The notes beneath the pieces are model-generated. The model did no database searches. It worked only from the letters and a program-made list of their open reading frames with translations, and was not told the DNA's origin. The position numbers were made by a program, and so were the translations under genes. A stretch of DNA of 49,280 nt. Source: a virus. The DNA lies in the UHGV virus genome UHGV-0151084; one strand, written 5' to 3'. Shown here piece after piece: positions 9,520 to 20,389 of the stretch (positions are counted from its first letter, which is position 1; each line of letters begins with the position of its first letter).

Positions 9520-10983
9520 TTATTCAGAAAACAAGTTCAGCAGATAATCAGGATTATATTCCATGACGAACTCTATATCTCTGGCAGGTGAGAATGGTGT
9601 CATTTTTACATGGAATTTAACAATCCCGTCCATCAATGACGTAATCGTGTTTTCAGACTGATCAAAGGTAACAACACCACCTGCAATATCCTGATTACCT
9701 GTGAGGCCGTTAAGCCAAATATTCGCACTTGTAACAATCGATTCAATTAATCGACGGTTTGCAGGATTGTCTATTTTTGACCAATGCGAAAGAATTAACG
9801 TATTACCCACCCAGTTAAACATACGTCGGCAAACACGAAATGCGTCTTTGGGGTCTGTAGATGTTGGATAAATAGCATTACGGTTTCCCCATGATTTCCA
9901 ACCATCAAAATTAAGGCTTGTTACAATCCCCTGACCATTTAAGTAGTTTGCCTGGCTAATGTTAAGCCATACTTCACTGCCATCTTTACGTACAGCACCG
10001 TCCATCTGTAGTTTTATATTTGACGGAGAACGTGATGGAATATCACCATACTGACTATCCAGCAAGCATGTTGCGGCCGCTAAATGGGTTGAGTGATGGT
10101 AAATATTGTCACCAAGTTTCACCATCGGCCAGCACACTGTCTGGTTAGCGGCCATGTGATTATTGTTCTGTTTCCATTCAGGAACAGCCGAGTAATCACT
10201 GATAGTAGATTTATCGGTCGGTGCATCAGTTATGGCTTCTGCTTTGAACAATTCACTAATCAACGCGGCTTTAGCCGCCATTAGCTGACCAACTTCACTA
10301 TCAGAACTAAATCCAGGCGCAATCACTTGTCCAGGAACCAACTTGAAGCGGGGATACACATCAGACAGTAACTCAAGCCCTGTATTGGCTTTAGTGTTGG
10401 AATCCACACCACCGATAATGTCATTTTTAGTTACGGCACCGGGATCAAGATGCGTATAACTAACCTTAAGAGTAGCGTCTTTTTCGGTAATTTTTCCTCC
10501 GCTAATAGCGGTAATGACCGTATAGCCATTATCATCCAGCGCCAGCACATAATCGGTATCAACCGTTAACCCTGGCGAATCACCATCTGCTTTTTTCACA
10601 ACAACAGATTTATATAAGACACCATCGTTAGAGAGCGTACCTTTCCCGCCAGAAAGTTTTACTACCTCATCAGTTACGTCTTTCTTATGCTTTGCTGGAT
10701 CAAGCACATTGATAAATACAACTGGCGCAACACCATATATTCCAAATGCGACTTTAATTACTTCGCTTAAAGTATATTTCTCGAAGTTTGTGCTATATCC
10801 TATTTTAGATACGGCCTCTGCGTATGTATAAGCAATGATAGGTTTATTTACTGCTGAGGCTGGATCTTCTAACTGATTAACAGGAGCTGTACCAAATGCG
10901 ACAATCAACCCAGCACTAACTTGTACTGGAGGAGTTATAGATGTAGCCAGCTCAGATATATAAATACCGTGGCGATATCCCAT
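9520..10983 (-). CDS. Tail sheath protein (FI-like)
   Basis: 487 aa ORF upstream of tube gene; size and order typical of contractile sheath. Confidence 0.8.
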   Translation of the reverse strand: MGYRHGIYISELATSITPPVQVSAGLIVAFGTAPVNQLEDPASAVNKPIIAYTYAEAVSKIGYSTNFEKYTLSEVIKVAFGIYGVAPVVFINVLDPAKHKKDVTDEVVKLSGGKGTLSNDGVLYKSVVVKKADGDSPGLTVDTDYVLALDDNGYTVITAISGGKITEKDATLKVSYTHLDPGAVTKNDIIGGVDSNTKANTGLELLSDVYPRFKLVPGQVIAPGFSSDSEVGQLMAAKAALISELFKAEAITDAPTDKSTISDYSAVPEWKQNNNHMAANQTVCWPMVKLGDNIYHHSTHLAAATCLLDSQYGDIPSRSPSNIKLQMDGAVRKDGSEVWLNISQANYLNGQGIVTSLNFDGWKSWGNRNAIYPTSTDPKDAFRVCRRMFNWVGNTLILSHWSKIDNPANRRLIESIVTSANIWLNGLTGNQDIAGGVVTFDQSENTITSLMDGIVKFHVKMTPFSPARDIEFVMEYNPDYLLNLFSE

Positions 10984-11273
10984 TATTTAATCTCCATGAT
11001 AGAAGAAGAAACTCTAGAGTACATTACATACTCGACACTGGTTTTATCAGAAAGTCTTTTTTCTGCATCTGCAAAATCACTGGTTGCCACAAACAAACAC
11101 TTTGCACCAGGAATATGTGATATTAATTTTTTACACTCTGGAGATAAGCCATTCTTAAATAGTTTATGCTTCAAAATTGAGAGTTGAGGGATTGTTGGTC
11201 CTATATATACAAATGTTTGAGCAACATCTTCCTTCTTTTCTATATCTTCTTTACTACTTTTCTTATTAGCCAT
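10983..11273 (-). CDS. Hypothetical protein (head-tail junction region)
   Basis: 96 aa ORF, coupled stop/start with sheath gene. Confidence 0.35.
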   Translation of the reverse strand: MANKKSSKEDIEKKEDVAQTFVYIGPTIPQLSILKHKLFKNGLSPECKKLISHIPGAKCLFVATSDFADAEKRLSDKTSVEYVMYSRVSSSIMEIK

Positions 11274-11759
11274 TTAGATAAACTCCTGAGACTGAATATT
11301 CTGAGGCTTTAATACTAGCCACGTTCCAGTTGCTTCCGTTATCCAATATGGATATGGTTGATCATCAAACATTCGCCATCTGATATCACCCTGAAAGAGA
11401 AATTTCTCTTCAAGTAAAGGCTTCTCCTGAAAATGAAACATCATCCTTTCAAGAAGAGCCATTACCCATTCATATCCAGTATGGTCCTCACAAAAACCAC
11501 CTAGAAGAAACTTAACCTTAACTTCATCCGTTTCAGGCTGCATTCCTCCTTCCGTGGGTCTGATAATCACATGAGGAAATTCTGGCGGTTTATCTGGAGA
11601 TGGTTGTGATTTAGGAGGCAAGTACCCTTTAAATATTGTTGGAACAAACAATTTAATATCGCTATCTGTTTCATCATAAGGAGGCCCCTGCACTAATAAA
11701 TCATGGAAAACCTCATGTTCCAACCGATTTTTTATTGCATCTATCAAAAGATTAATCAA
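11274..11759 (-). CDS. Hypothetical protein (tail completion position)
   Basis: 161 aa ORF between head and tail modules. Confidence 0.35.
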   Translation of the reverse strand: MINLLIDAIKNRLEHEVFHDLLVQGPPYDETDSDIKLFVPTIFKGYLPPKSQPSPDKPPEFPHVIIRPTEGGMQPETDEVKVKFLLGGFCEDHTGYEWVMALLERMMFHFQEKPLLEEKFLFQGDIRWRMFDDQPYPYWITEATGTWLVLKPQNIQSQEFI

Positions 11760-12100
11760 ATCGGCATTCCTCTGTTAGTATTAACAGTGAGAGTTATTTC
11801 CAATACACCAACATTATCTGATACTTCATCAACAATATAATTTTTACCGTTGATTTTCATTGACTGGTCTTTGACAGGGAGAACAGGAAAATCTTTTCTT
11901 GAAACAAATAATATTATTTGCCCCTGATTTATTCCCTCTGCAAACTCAGCATATGAGCGTTTATTACGCTCATGAATAAGGTCTGTATCAATAACGGCAA
12001 GGATATCCTTGCCGTCTATGTTATATGTATCGGCAAACTCTTTTTCATTGAGGAATATTGCAGAAATATCTTGCGCTATAACCTCTTTGAAGGAGTTCAT
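11756..12100 (-). CDS. Hypothetical head-tail joining protein (lambda FII position)
   Basis: 114 aa ORF in syntenic position. Confidence 0.35.
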   Translation of the reverse strand: MNSFKEVIAQDISAIFLNEKEFADTYNIDGKDILAVIDTDLIHERNKRSYAEFAEGINQGQIILFVSRKDFPVLPVKDQSMKINGKNYIVDEVSDNVGVLEITLTVNTNRGMPI

Positions 12101-12492
12101 TACTTATTATTACCTTTTTTTTGCGTTGATTTTTTCGCATTACTGGTATCAGAAGTAGCTACAGATTCAGATGAATCATCAGCAACCATTTCCTCATTGC
12201 CGCCATCATCCTCAAACTCAACCTCGAATACACAGCTACCCGCCTCCGTTCGCGTAATCAACCCCGCGTCCACAGCATCATTAACAGCAGATGCGTATCC
12301 ATGCTCAAAAGCTAACTTAGCAGCATCATAGCCCCCAGCCGATGCCAAATCACCATCCTCTTCGGTGGCAATAGCATGTCCTGACGCAATCAGTTCGGCA
12401 ATTCTGGAGTTATCCATTAGCCCATTAAGCAAACGGCCCGCTTTTAGCGAGCCGTGGCTTATCGTATCAATGTTTTTAATCAGTCTGGCCAT
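12100..12492 (-). CDS. Hypothetical packaging/head protein (lambda FI position)
   Basis: 130 aa ORF immediately after capsid gene, acidic Ser/Thr-rich C-terminus. Confidence 0.35.
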   Translation of the reverse strand: MARLIKNIDTISHGSLKAGRLLNGLMDNSRIAELIASGHAIATEEDGDLASAGGYDAAKLAFEHGYASAVNDAVDAGLITRTEAGSCVFEVEFEDDGGNEEMVADDSSESVATSDTSNAKKSTQKKGNNK

Positions 12493-13536
12493 TTAAACCA
12501 CCTTAGCCACCAGATAGGCATCAGCCACACCAGGATTAGGCAGTGGAGATGACTTCATGGCAACATAACGGCCAGCCGGCTTACGAGTTACCCAGGTGTC
12601 TGGAACTCGTGGCGACTCAACAATCGTCAGAGTCTTTTCGGCGTCATCTACAAGCTCTACAGCACCATACAGCATCGTTCCTCGACCAGGAGAGCCAAAG
12701 AGGATCTTATCTTCCGGTACTAATGGTTCTGGTTTTCCTGTTTTATCATTGCGAATAAGTTCGTCGTAACCATAAAAATCGACACCTTCAAGATTGCCAT
12801 AATGAGTTACGCCTTCTTCTAACTCCTTAGGCTCAATATACCCAAGCTCTTTTCGGCGATTATCAAGATATTTAGTTACTGCTTCATTTTTAACGAAGGC
12901 ATCAACAACTTTTGCGCCCATTACGGCAACACGAGGTGTAAAACCTGAAGTTAGTGATACCCGACGTTTCCAGTTGCGAACATTGACCAACGGATCTGAT
13001 TTTGCTGCGCTCCATAAATCATCACCTGTCAGTTCAAGATATGGTTTATCTCCTTCCTCTTCAGGCCAAAAATAAACTGTGTCATCCACTCCTTCACCAA
13101 CAATATCAACCTGCCCCGTAAACAAGACTTGTGCACACATCCATTCTTCACGGCGGTTAACCATTTCATCAAGCTCAAGCAAATCTTTACCTAATTGCGC
13201 GGCGGCTCGTTCTGCTGGCGATTTTGCGTTGTAAATATTCTCACCCGGAAGCCTGTTTAAAAGCAGCTCGGCTGTTGTTACCAAATCAGGTGCAACAAGT
13301 GGTGGCTCCAGAGTTCTCGTTACAAAGCCGCGTCGCTCAACGGTTTTTGAGCCAAAACCTTTACCAACAAACGGAGCCATAGTACGGCCACCGCGAACAA
13401 AATCCAGATCAACTTTCTTTGTATTAAAGGTCTGAACACCAGGAAAAAAGGTACGAAGAAGAAAACGACGAGCCTTGAAATTCTGAATAACAGGCTCAAG
13501 CATTGTACGTCGTTCAAAAATATCAATATTCGACAT
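12493..13536 (-). CDS. Major capsid protein, lambda gpE-like
   Basis: 347 aa; N-terminal LLRTFFPGVQTFNTKKVDLDF pattern resembles lambda E family; preceded by decoration and protease genes. Confidence 0.8.
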   Translation of the reverse strand: MSNIDIFERRTMLEPVIQNFKARRFLLRTFFPGVQTFNTKKVDLDFVRGGRTMAPFVGKGFGSKTVERRGFVTRTLEPPLVAPDLVTTAELLLNRLPGENIYNAKSPAERAAAQLGKDLLELDEMVNRREEWMCAQVLFTGQVDIVGEGVDDTVYFWPEEEGDKPYLELTGDDLWSAAKSDPLVNVRNWKRRVSLTSGFTPRVAVMGAKVVDAFVKNEAVTKYLDNRRKELGYIEPKELEEGVTHYGNLEGVDFYGYDELIRNDKTGKPEPLVPEDKILFGSPGRGTMLYGAVELVDDAEKTLTIVESPRVPDTWVTRKPAGRYVAMKSSPLPNPGVADAYLVAKVV

Positions 13537-13556
13537 AAAAATACGACCTCTTTATA

Positions 13557-13940
13557 TTATGCAGATGGATTTTGTTGTGCGGTATTAAGGAATATCCCAA
13601 CCTTCCGGCAAGCCAGATATACATCGGCAATCTTTGCTGATTCAGGAAGGATAACCGCATGTGCATTGAACATTCCGGTCAGCCATGCTGTTCCAACTTG
13701 CGCTGAATCAGTCGCATCAATACTATGTTGAGCGATACAATACGGTTCTTTTGCCACCCCCTCACCAGAGAGATTTATTGGTGCCACAGTGACAACATTT
13801 GTTGTCTGATCAATACTGACAAAAGCAAGCAACTCACCTCGATTTACTTTACCGCTGGCAAGTTTAATACTTGTTGTAATTGCTGGCATACCACCAGAAA
13901 TAATCAGATTATCTGGTTCAAATGAAAAAGACTCTCGCAT
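13557..13940 (-). CDS. Head decoration protein, lambda gpD-like
   Basis: 127 aa ORF between protease/scaffold and capsid genes. Confidence 0.6.
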   Translation of the reverse strand: MRESFSFEPDNLIISGGMPAITTSIKLASGKVNRGELLAFVSIDQTTNVVTVAPINLSGEGVAKEPYCIAQHSIDATDSAQVGTAWLTGMFNAHAVILPESAKIADVYLACRKVGIFLNTAQQNPSA

Positions 13941-13949
13941 AAACTCACC

Positions 13950-15038
13950 TTAATTTTTATCGCGGTTTTTGAATACTGACCCAATAACATTTTTTACTAC
14001 TTCAGCTTGTTTATCGCCGTTGTTTTCTGGTTGATTAACATCAACTGAATCATTCACCTCATTTGCGTCTTCTTGCCGTTGATTAAGAAAGTTTTTGTTA
14101 CGCGCTCGCTCTGCATTCATAATTTCCAAAGCAAGTTCAGCCGCAGAAATTCCCGTTTTGAATTTTGCATTCTTAACCAGGTCGTCATGACCTGGAATTA
14201 CGCTATTCTCGATTGTTTCAATGCGCTCGCGTTCTGATTTAACGCCCTCGTCTTTACCAGCATTAAAAACCTGATTGTATAATTCTGGATGTTTATTTTT
14301 TAATTCATCAAGAGTCACAACATCGTCCTCATTTTGTTCATTTAATTCAGTAGATAATTCATTTTTATTTTGTGGCAACTTTGCGAGCGAATCAGGTAAT
14401 TTTGAAAACCTTGATGCTTCAAAAGTTATTCCATTGAGCGAAAGCATCCCTTCCTTTATAGAAGCGGATAAGCGCATTGGTTTTTCAACTTCGTCAGCAA
14501 ATCCAAGCTCTACAGCCTCTTCTGCATTTAGCCATGTTTCCTGATCCATTAGTTCAATTAATTTATCCTCAGAAAGCCCTGTTTTCTCCTTATATGCAGA
14601 TAAAATACTATCTCGTATCTTATCCATCATCTCAGCAATATCACGTAGTTCATCCGCATCACCAGCAGCAAATGTCCACGGATTATGGATCATCATCATA
14701 GCATTAGATGGGATAACAACTTTATCACCTGCCATTGCAATAATGGTTGCAGCCGATGCAGCAATACCATCAATATAAACAGTAATATTAGCCTTATGAC
14801 GTTTTAATGAAGAAAGAATAGCTTGAGCAGTAAAAACAGAACCACCATAACTATTAATTTTTACGTTGATAGCATTTGATGATATATCCTTTAATTTATT
14901 AACTATGTCAGAAGAAGAAACCTCATCAAATTCGCCAATATATCCGTAGATTAAAAGTTCAGCCGGAGAGTCATCTTCACCCGTGCTATTTTTTATTTCC
15001 CACCAATTAGGCATCATCTGTCTCCATATTTTGTTCAT
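13950..15038 (-). CDS. Head maturation protease / scaffold (S49 / ClpP-like)
   Basis: 362 aa; SYGGSVFTAQAI and DGIAASAATIIAMAGDKVV motifs of ClpP/S49 serine peptidases; acidic coiled-coil C-terminus. Confidence 0.8.
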   Translation of the reverse strand: MNKIWRQMMPNWWEIKNSTGEDDSPAELLIYGYIGEFDEVSSSDIVNKLKDISSNAINVKINSYGGSVFTAQAILSSLKRHKANITVYIDGIAASAATIIAMAGDKVVIPSNAMMMIHNPWTFAAGDADELRDIAEMMDKIRDSILSAYKEKTGLSEDKLIELMDQETWLNAEEAVELGFADEVEKPMRLSASIKEGMLSLNGITFEASRFSKLPDSLAKLPQNKNELSTELNEQNEDDVVTLDELKNKHPELYNQVFNAGKDEGVKSERERIETIENSVIPGHDDLVKNAKFKTGISAAELALEIMNAERARNKNFLNQRQEDANEVNDSVDVNQPENNGDKQAEVVKNVIGSVFKNRDKN

Positions 15039-16581
15039 TTACCTCAGAAACAGGAGGCGTAATCAGCCCCAACTCACGGCGAGCATTCTCTTCTCTGCCA
15101 CAAATTTGTGCGGTTTCTTCCCAGTTAAGACCTGACATTTCAGCCGCTTCCTTTTCACGGGTAGAGAATGTTTCCTCAACACGCAGTTTTGCAGCTTTGA
15201 CTTCTTTAAGGGGATCTAATTGGCCTTGTGATGGGCCATACCATTGAGCGCCACTCCATGCAGCGCGATATTCAGGCCCATAAAAAAAACCAGGGGCAAT
15301 AACACGACCTTTAGCAACGGCTTCGGCCAACCATTCCTCATAGATCGGTTGGCAAAATGACTGAACCATCCAGTCACGTCGCATACGGAACATTTTCCAG
15401 GCTTCAAGTAATGCGGCCCTGCTAGCGCTATAACTTGCTGTAAAATGCTTTACCAAGAGTTCGTAAGGGAGTTCTAAAGCAGCCCCAATTTGACGGCATA
15501 TGGCGACAACAAAACCATCAAATGCCGTATTTGGTCGCCCGGGATTTGCTGTATCTATCGACTCACCTTCACCCAAACTTACTATGGAGCCATTCCCCAT
15601 TTCTTGGGTGTTATCATCATGGTTATCGATCTGCTCGTACTGAGGGATACCCGATTCACCGACTGGTCCATCAGGAGCGTCTGTTTTAATAAAGACAGTA
15701 AACATCCCTGACACAACCGCAGCAACCAATTCAGCATCGGTGTATCGTCCTAACTGCTTCAATGCTTCAATAACAGGAGCAAGTACAGGAACGCCACGGC
15801 GTTGCCCAGGCCTTTCAAAATCCTGCATGACATGCAGAATATTTCTTCTTCCTGTTTTACTCCCATATGCGGGAATACGTTCCCACTTGCGGGTTACAAA
15901 ACCAGAAGTCCCGGCTGGGTGATGTTTTGCAACCCAGTACGCCACAGGCTCGCTAAATTCACCAACCTCTACGCCACCGTAAAGATTTGGTATAAAACGA
16001 TCCTCTGGATTGCAAACACGATCACCTTCAATTAAATAGACGCACAAATCATATATAACACCCTTACGCTTAATAACTGGTAGCGCAGCAAATATATCGC
16101 CAGATGTTAACGCAGATATTTGGACCAATGATTGCAATTGTCCAAAAGTACACATTCTTGATGCATCACAATTTGGAGAATCAGCCCATAATCTAAACTC
16201 ACGCTCAACATGCTTTTCCCATGCTCGCGCTTCTTCCTGCGTCATCCCCAAGAAATCGGCATCAATGTTCGCATTTAGTTTTAAACCGGAACCAACAACG
16301 TTTGTCCTGATAGTTTTTATTGCGCCAACCGATAGCGGGTTTCCCATGAAGAGATCACGAGAACGCTCACGCAATTTATCTATATTTTTAACAATATCAT
16401 CATCAGGAGAACCAGCTTTACTAAACCAACCCCTTAATGATTTTTTATGAGTGCTTGCACCATGACGTGAATATCCAAGGTTATTAATACCTTCAAGTGC
16501 TTCTAACCGTTTTCTTGCCAAAGCTCGATTTAATGCCCTCTGAGGTGAAAACGGCGCAATAACTCGATCAAGAATATTCAT
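15007..16581 (-). CDS. Portal protein, lambda gpB-like
   Basis: 524 aa ORF between gpW-like and protease genes. Confidence 0.8.
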   Translation of the reverse strand: MNILDRVIAPFSPQRALNRALARKRLEALEGINNLGYSRHGASTHKKSLRGWFSKAGSPDDDIVKNIDKLRERSRDLFMGNPLSVGAIKTIRTNVVGSGLKLNANIDADFLGMTQEEARAWEKHVEREFRLWADSPNCDASRMCTFGQLQSLVQISALTSGDIFAALPVIKRKGVIYDLCVYLIEGDRVCNPEDRFIPNLYGGVEVGEFSEPVAYWVAKHHPAGTSGFVTRKWERIPAYGSKTGRRNILHVMQDFERPGQRRGVPVLAPVIEALKQLGRYTDAELVAAVVSGMFTVFIKTDAPDGPVGESGIPQYEQIDNHDDNTQEMGNGSIVSLGEGESIDTANPGRPNTAFDGFVVAICRQIGAALELPYELLVKHFTASYSASRAALLEAWKMFRMRRDWMVQSFCQPIYEEWLAEAVAKGRVIAPGFFYGPEYRAAWSGAQWYGPSQGQLDPLKEVKAAKLRVEETFSTREKEAAEMSGLNWEETAQICGREENARRELGLITPPVSEVNEQNMETDDA

Positions 16582-16817
16582 AAATCTCTTATCACCACTC
16601 GTTTAATTCGTGGGCCTCGGCGTATACCTGCTGATAATCTTTCTACTTCATTACGCCAGTAATCCATCTCTTTTCTGACTTCTGATAAATCCGCACGAGT
16701 TAACTGCCGCGTACCAAATTTATATGACTGACCGCCAATAGCAATAGCGCGATATGCTTCCCGCCAGACAGATAACATCTCTCTGGCTTCAGTCAGAGAA
16801 AATGCTTCATTGTTCAT
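16578..16817 (-). CDS. Head-tail joining protein, gpW-like
   Basis: 79 aa ORF between terminase large subunit and portal. Confidence 0.5.
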   Translation of the reverse strand: MNNEAFSLTEAREMLSVWREAYRAIAIGGQSYKFGTRQLTRADLSEVRKEMDYWRNEVERLSAGIRRGPRIKRVVIRDL

Positions 16818-16828
16818 TTATATTTCCT

Positions 16829-18685
16829 CTATATGGTTACGCCTTTACTTATAACTCTACGGCGTCTTCTACGTATACCTGACGAGTTCTGCACATACAC
16901 ATTACCTCGCATTTCCTGTTCGGCAAGCCAGTTAAAATTAGGGTTCAGAATTTCCATCGCGGCAGTTGCATAGTTACGGCAATCAAGAGGCTCGTTACGC
17001 TCGTAGACTTTCACCCACTTTTCTTTTGTCTGCCCATTTTTATATTCAAATATTTTCTTCTCTGATAATAATCCTTTAAAGTATTCGGTATCATATCCTC
17101 TGTCAGAATCTAATGGGAAATGCATATAACCAGGACCAGGATCATGTAGTTTAATTCTTGCCATGATGGTCCCTTTACCATCATCAACCCCCAAATTAAA
17201 CAACATAGCACCCACACGGTTATTATTACTTGGCTTTCCTATAAATGGTAAACCTACCCCACCACGCCCCCTGATAGAGTATATTCGCCTTGATTCTCTC
17301 GGCTTAGTAAAGCGATATACCTCTGTCGTAAAATGCCCACCAGAGTCAATACAAACGGAAGAAATCTGTAATTTTCGACCGTCACGGAATGACCAGCTAC
17401 GGAGTAAGTATTCATCAAGTTGTTTCCAGACAACATCTTGTGCGGGATCACCTGGGAATATTTTATATTCTATCCCCCATGACTCCTTACCTTTTCCCCA
17501 ACCGACCAATTCACAAACTAAATACGTGTCCTGTACGTCAACACCAGCACTTAACAATAAAACATCATCTGGTAAAAACTCTTCAAACCTTATTCTGCGT
17601 TGCAACAAGTATTCAGGATCGATATCGTCTTTAGCATCCTCTTTCCATGGCTCACCCAGCTTAAGGTTAATAAACTCCATTAATCCATTTTTATCGCGGT
17701 TTCTGGTTGCTTCCGCAAATTCTTCAACCAGCTCTGACAATGCAACCCACGGGGAGTAAAGACTGTTAATATGAAAACCAACAATACCTTTAACTCCAGT
17801 ATGTTCAGCTATCCATACCCCCTTCGCCAACCAATCAACGTCTGGTTTACCAGATCCGCGCATAATCCCGCCGCACTCACAGCACTCATATCTGGCCGTT
17901 TCCGGTAACGCCTCACCTGAATCGCTCTTATCCCATCTGACTTGCGACCATTTCATCACCTGCATGGTGCCACAACATGGGCAAGGAACATGGTAGTAAC
18001 GCTGATCGGAGAGCTTAAACCACTTGTGGATTTTGCTCGTTTCCTCCAAAACAGGAGTAGAAACAAAAACCTTCTTACGATTATGAAAGTTGGTAGTACG
18101 CTGAATACCTAGTTTTAGTGGGTCGCCCTCCTGCGTCACACCGTAACGATCAATCTCATCAGCTAACAGTATTCGAATTGGCCTGGATGCAAGACCTGCT
18201 GGGGAATTAGCACCAACAAGTGCTATATATCCACCAGCGTAATGCTTCATACGTATAGTCGTGCTGGACTTTTTGGCTGCACCGCGCCCCTCTTTCCCTT
18301 CATGCAGCTTGTGTTTCAAACCAGGGGAATATTTGAACGTCGGATCAATACGCTCTTTTGAAAAAGCCTCAGCCGCCTCTACCGTTGGATAAATCATCAA
18401 CTGAGGAGATGGCTCCTGATCTGCAAAGTAACCCATAACATTTAGCTGTAATTCGGATTTACCAATTTGCGAGCTACATTGCATCACTACTGTTTCTGTA
18501 TCAGCGTCACCAATAACATCCATTGGTTCACGCAAATATGGCACTCGGCTTGTACGCCACGGCCCTGGCTCTGGAGACGTTCCCGGCGCTACATGACGAT
18601 ACTTATCAGCCCATTCGGAAACAGTTAGCCGTGATTTAGGGCGAAGCGCACGGAAAAAAGCGGTGCTCCATACTGTTTCGCCCAT
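16829..18685 (-). CDS. Terminase large subunit, lambda gpA-like
   Basis: 618 aa; N-terminal TVSEWAD...PGPW pattern and size match gpA-type terminases. Confidence 0.85.
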   Translation of the reverse strand: MGETVWSTAFFRALRPKSRLTVSEWADKYRHVAPGTSPEPGPWRTSRVPYLREPMDVIGDADTETVVMQCSSQIGKSELQLNVMGYFADQEPSPQLMIYPTVEAAEAFSKERIDPTFKYSPGLKHKLHEGKEGRGAAKKSSTTIRMKHYAGGYIALVGANSPAGLASRPIRILLADEIDRYGVTQEGDPLKLGIQRTTNFHNRKKVFVSTPVLEETSKIHKWFKLSDQRYYHVPCPCCGTMQVMKWSQVRWDKSDSGEALPETARYECCECGGIMRGSGKPDVDWLAKGVWIAEHTGVKGIVGFHINSLYSPWVALSELVEEFAEATRNRDKNGLMEFINLKLGEPWKEDAKDDIDPEYLLQRRIRFEEFLPDDVLLLSAGVDVQDTYLVCELVGWGKGKESWGIEYKIFPGDPAQDVVWKQLDEYLLRSWSFRDGRKLQISSVCIDSGGHFTTEVYRFTKPRESRRIYSIRGRGGVGLPFIGKPSNNNRVGAMLFNLGVDDGKGTIMARIKLHDPGPGYMHFPLDSDRGYDTEYFKGLLSEKKIFEYKNGQTKEKWVKVYERNEPLDCRNYATAAMEILNPNFNWLAEQEMRGNVYVQNSSGIRRRRRRVISKGVTI

Positions 18686-18690
18686 GAGGT

Positions 18691-19251
18691 TTATTCTTCC
18701 TGCTTAATAAATCGGGATTCCTGGAGCGCCTGAAGCGCAAAATTAATCTCGTCTTCAATAATGCGTTCGATCTCCCTGGCTGTTTTGCCTTCACAACGGG
18801 GAGCTGCTCTTGGAGCAATACTAAATAAGCGGCTACGCAATTCATTAGCTGCCAGAAATGCATCATCCCTGACCGCATCTTTAGCGATGAGAGAGCCTTC
18901 CTTTTCTTCAAATTCAAGGCGTTTCAGCTTTGCCTGATAAATTTTTTCTGCGGTCTTAGCCTTGTTGAATTGCACCGCAACACCGGAAGTACCACCAGCT
19001 AATCCGGCATCATCAGCGGGTAACTCTGGTTGTTCCGAAGATATCCCATGCCCTCTTTTTCCATTTTCAGCAGATACCTCACGACCAACCTGTCGGCTCG
19101 CTTCATAAGCCGCACTAGCTTTATCAAAATCCAGCTTGCCGCTTTTCAGCACTGGAATGCGACCGGAACGACAGAGCTTCGTAACCATTGCCGGAGAAAT
19201 ACCTTTTCGGCGGGCAAACTCTGACTTACTGACGATGGCCATTACTTGCAA
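18691..19251 (-). CDS. Terminase small subunit, Nu1-like
   Basis: 186 aa with N-terminal HTH (SKSEFARRKGISPAMVTKLCRSGRIPV), directly upstream of large subunit. Confidence 0.65.
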   Translation of the reverse strand: MQVMAIVSKSEFARRKGISPAMVTKLCRSGRIPVLKSGKLDFDKASAAYEASRQVGREVSAENGKRGHGISSEQPELPADDAGLAGGTSGVAVQFNKAKTAEKIYQAKLKRLEFEEKEGSLIAKDAVRDDAFLAANELRSRLFSIAPRAAPRCEGKTAREIERIIEDEINFALQALQESRFIKQEE

Positions 19252-19832
19252 CCATTAGCAAGATACTGAACAAATCCCTCATGCGTTTCATGCGCGTCGT
19301 GGTACTGACGATAAACATCCAGCAACAATGCAATTTCCATATCCGTCGCGGGAATACGTTCTTTATCAATAGCCAGGTACTTAATTTGAACAACAGGGGA
19401 AGAATTATCGTCTTCTTCCTGCGGCTGTTCATCGCTTAACATTTCGTCAAGCTCTGCATCATTAAACCCAAGCAGATCAATATCAAAATCATCATCCATT
19501 AACGCTTTGACTTCTTCGGCCAGAAGCTGCATATCCCAGCCAGCATTTAAGGCCAGCTTGTTATCTGCAATCCTGTAAGCCTTCTTCTGTTTTTCAGAAA
19601 GGTTACTCAACCGAATCGCTGGAACTTTATCCATTTCCAGAATTTCGGCTGCTGCAAGCCGCCCATGCCCCGCAATCAGTTCATTCTTTTCATCGATCAG
19701 CACAGGATTAGTGAAACCGAACTCACGGATACTGTTCACCAACTGTTCAACTTGCTCATCTGAATGAGTCCGTGAATTTTTGGCGTATCTGAGCAGCTTA
19801 CCGACTGGTAAATATTCGATTTTTAGAGCCAT
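19242..19832 (-). CDS. ParB/Srx-like nuclease domain protein
   Basis: 196 aa; ParB N-terminal motifs (NSRTHS, IAGHGRLAAA); stop overlaps the small terminase start. Confidence 0.7.
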   Translation of the reverse strand: MALKIEYLPVGKLLRYAKNSRTHSDEQVEQLVNSIREFGFTNPVLIDEKNELIAGHGRLAAAEILEMDKVPAIRLSNLSEKQKKAYRIADNKLALNAGWDMQLLAEEVKALMDDDFDIDLLGFNDAELDEMLSDEQPQEEDDNSSPVVQIKYLAIDKERIPATDMEIALLLDVYRQYHDAHETHEGFVQYLANGCK

Positions 19833-20389
19833 TTTTTAACCGCCATAACACAACAGGTTAAAGAAAACTGTTTAACTTATTGATACTAAAAGAGAAAAAT
19901 GACGATCTTTTTACTCATAAAAAATCACACAAACCAGCATAATCATCTGATTTTATTAAGTTTTTATAAGTAAAAAGGATCTTGAGATGGTGTTTTGGTT
20001 AAAAGATTGGATGTATTTGCATGATTTATAACGATTTTTATCAGAACAACATCACATTGGTTAAAGATCTGCGCGTATCTTGATGATCTAAAAGAAAATT
20101 TTCTACTTTCTTTTTACCAGCACAAATACAGCAAAAAATCACGTTTTCCCGATATTTTTCAATGAGATGAGTAAATTTCTTTTACCGCAACTTTTAACCT
20201 AACTTTTTTCACGTTTAGCTAGCCGAACATCGGGGTTCGAATGACCCGCATCCAACGCTTTTGGCCAGAAGGACCCAATTCTGCCGGACGATGAAACGAT
20301 GCTCGTGCTCCCCCACAGACAGCCAGCGAGCGACGCTACAGAACACAGTGAATACACTCTGCATAACAACACCATCAACCACACGATGA

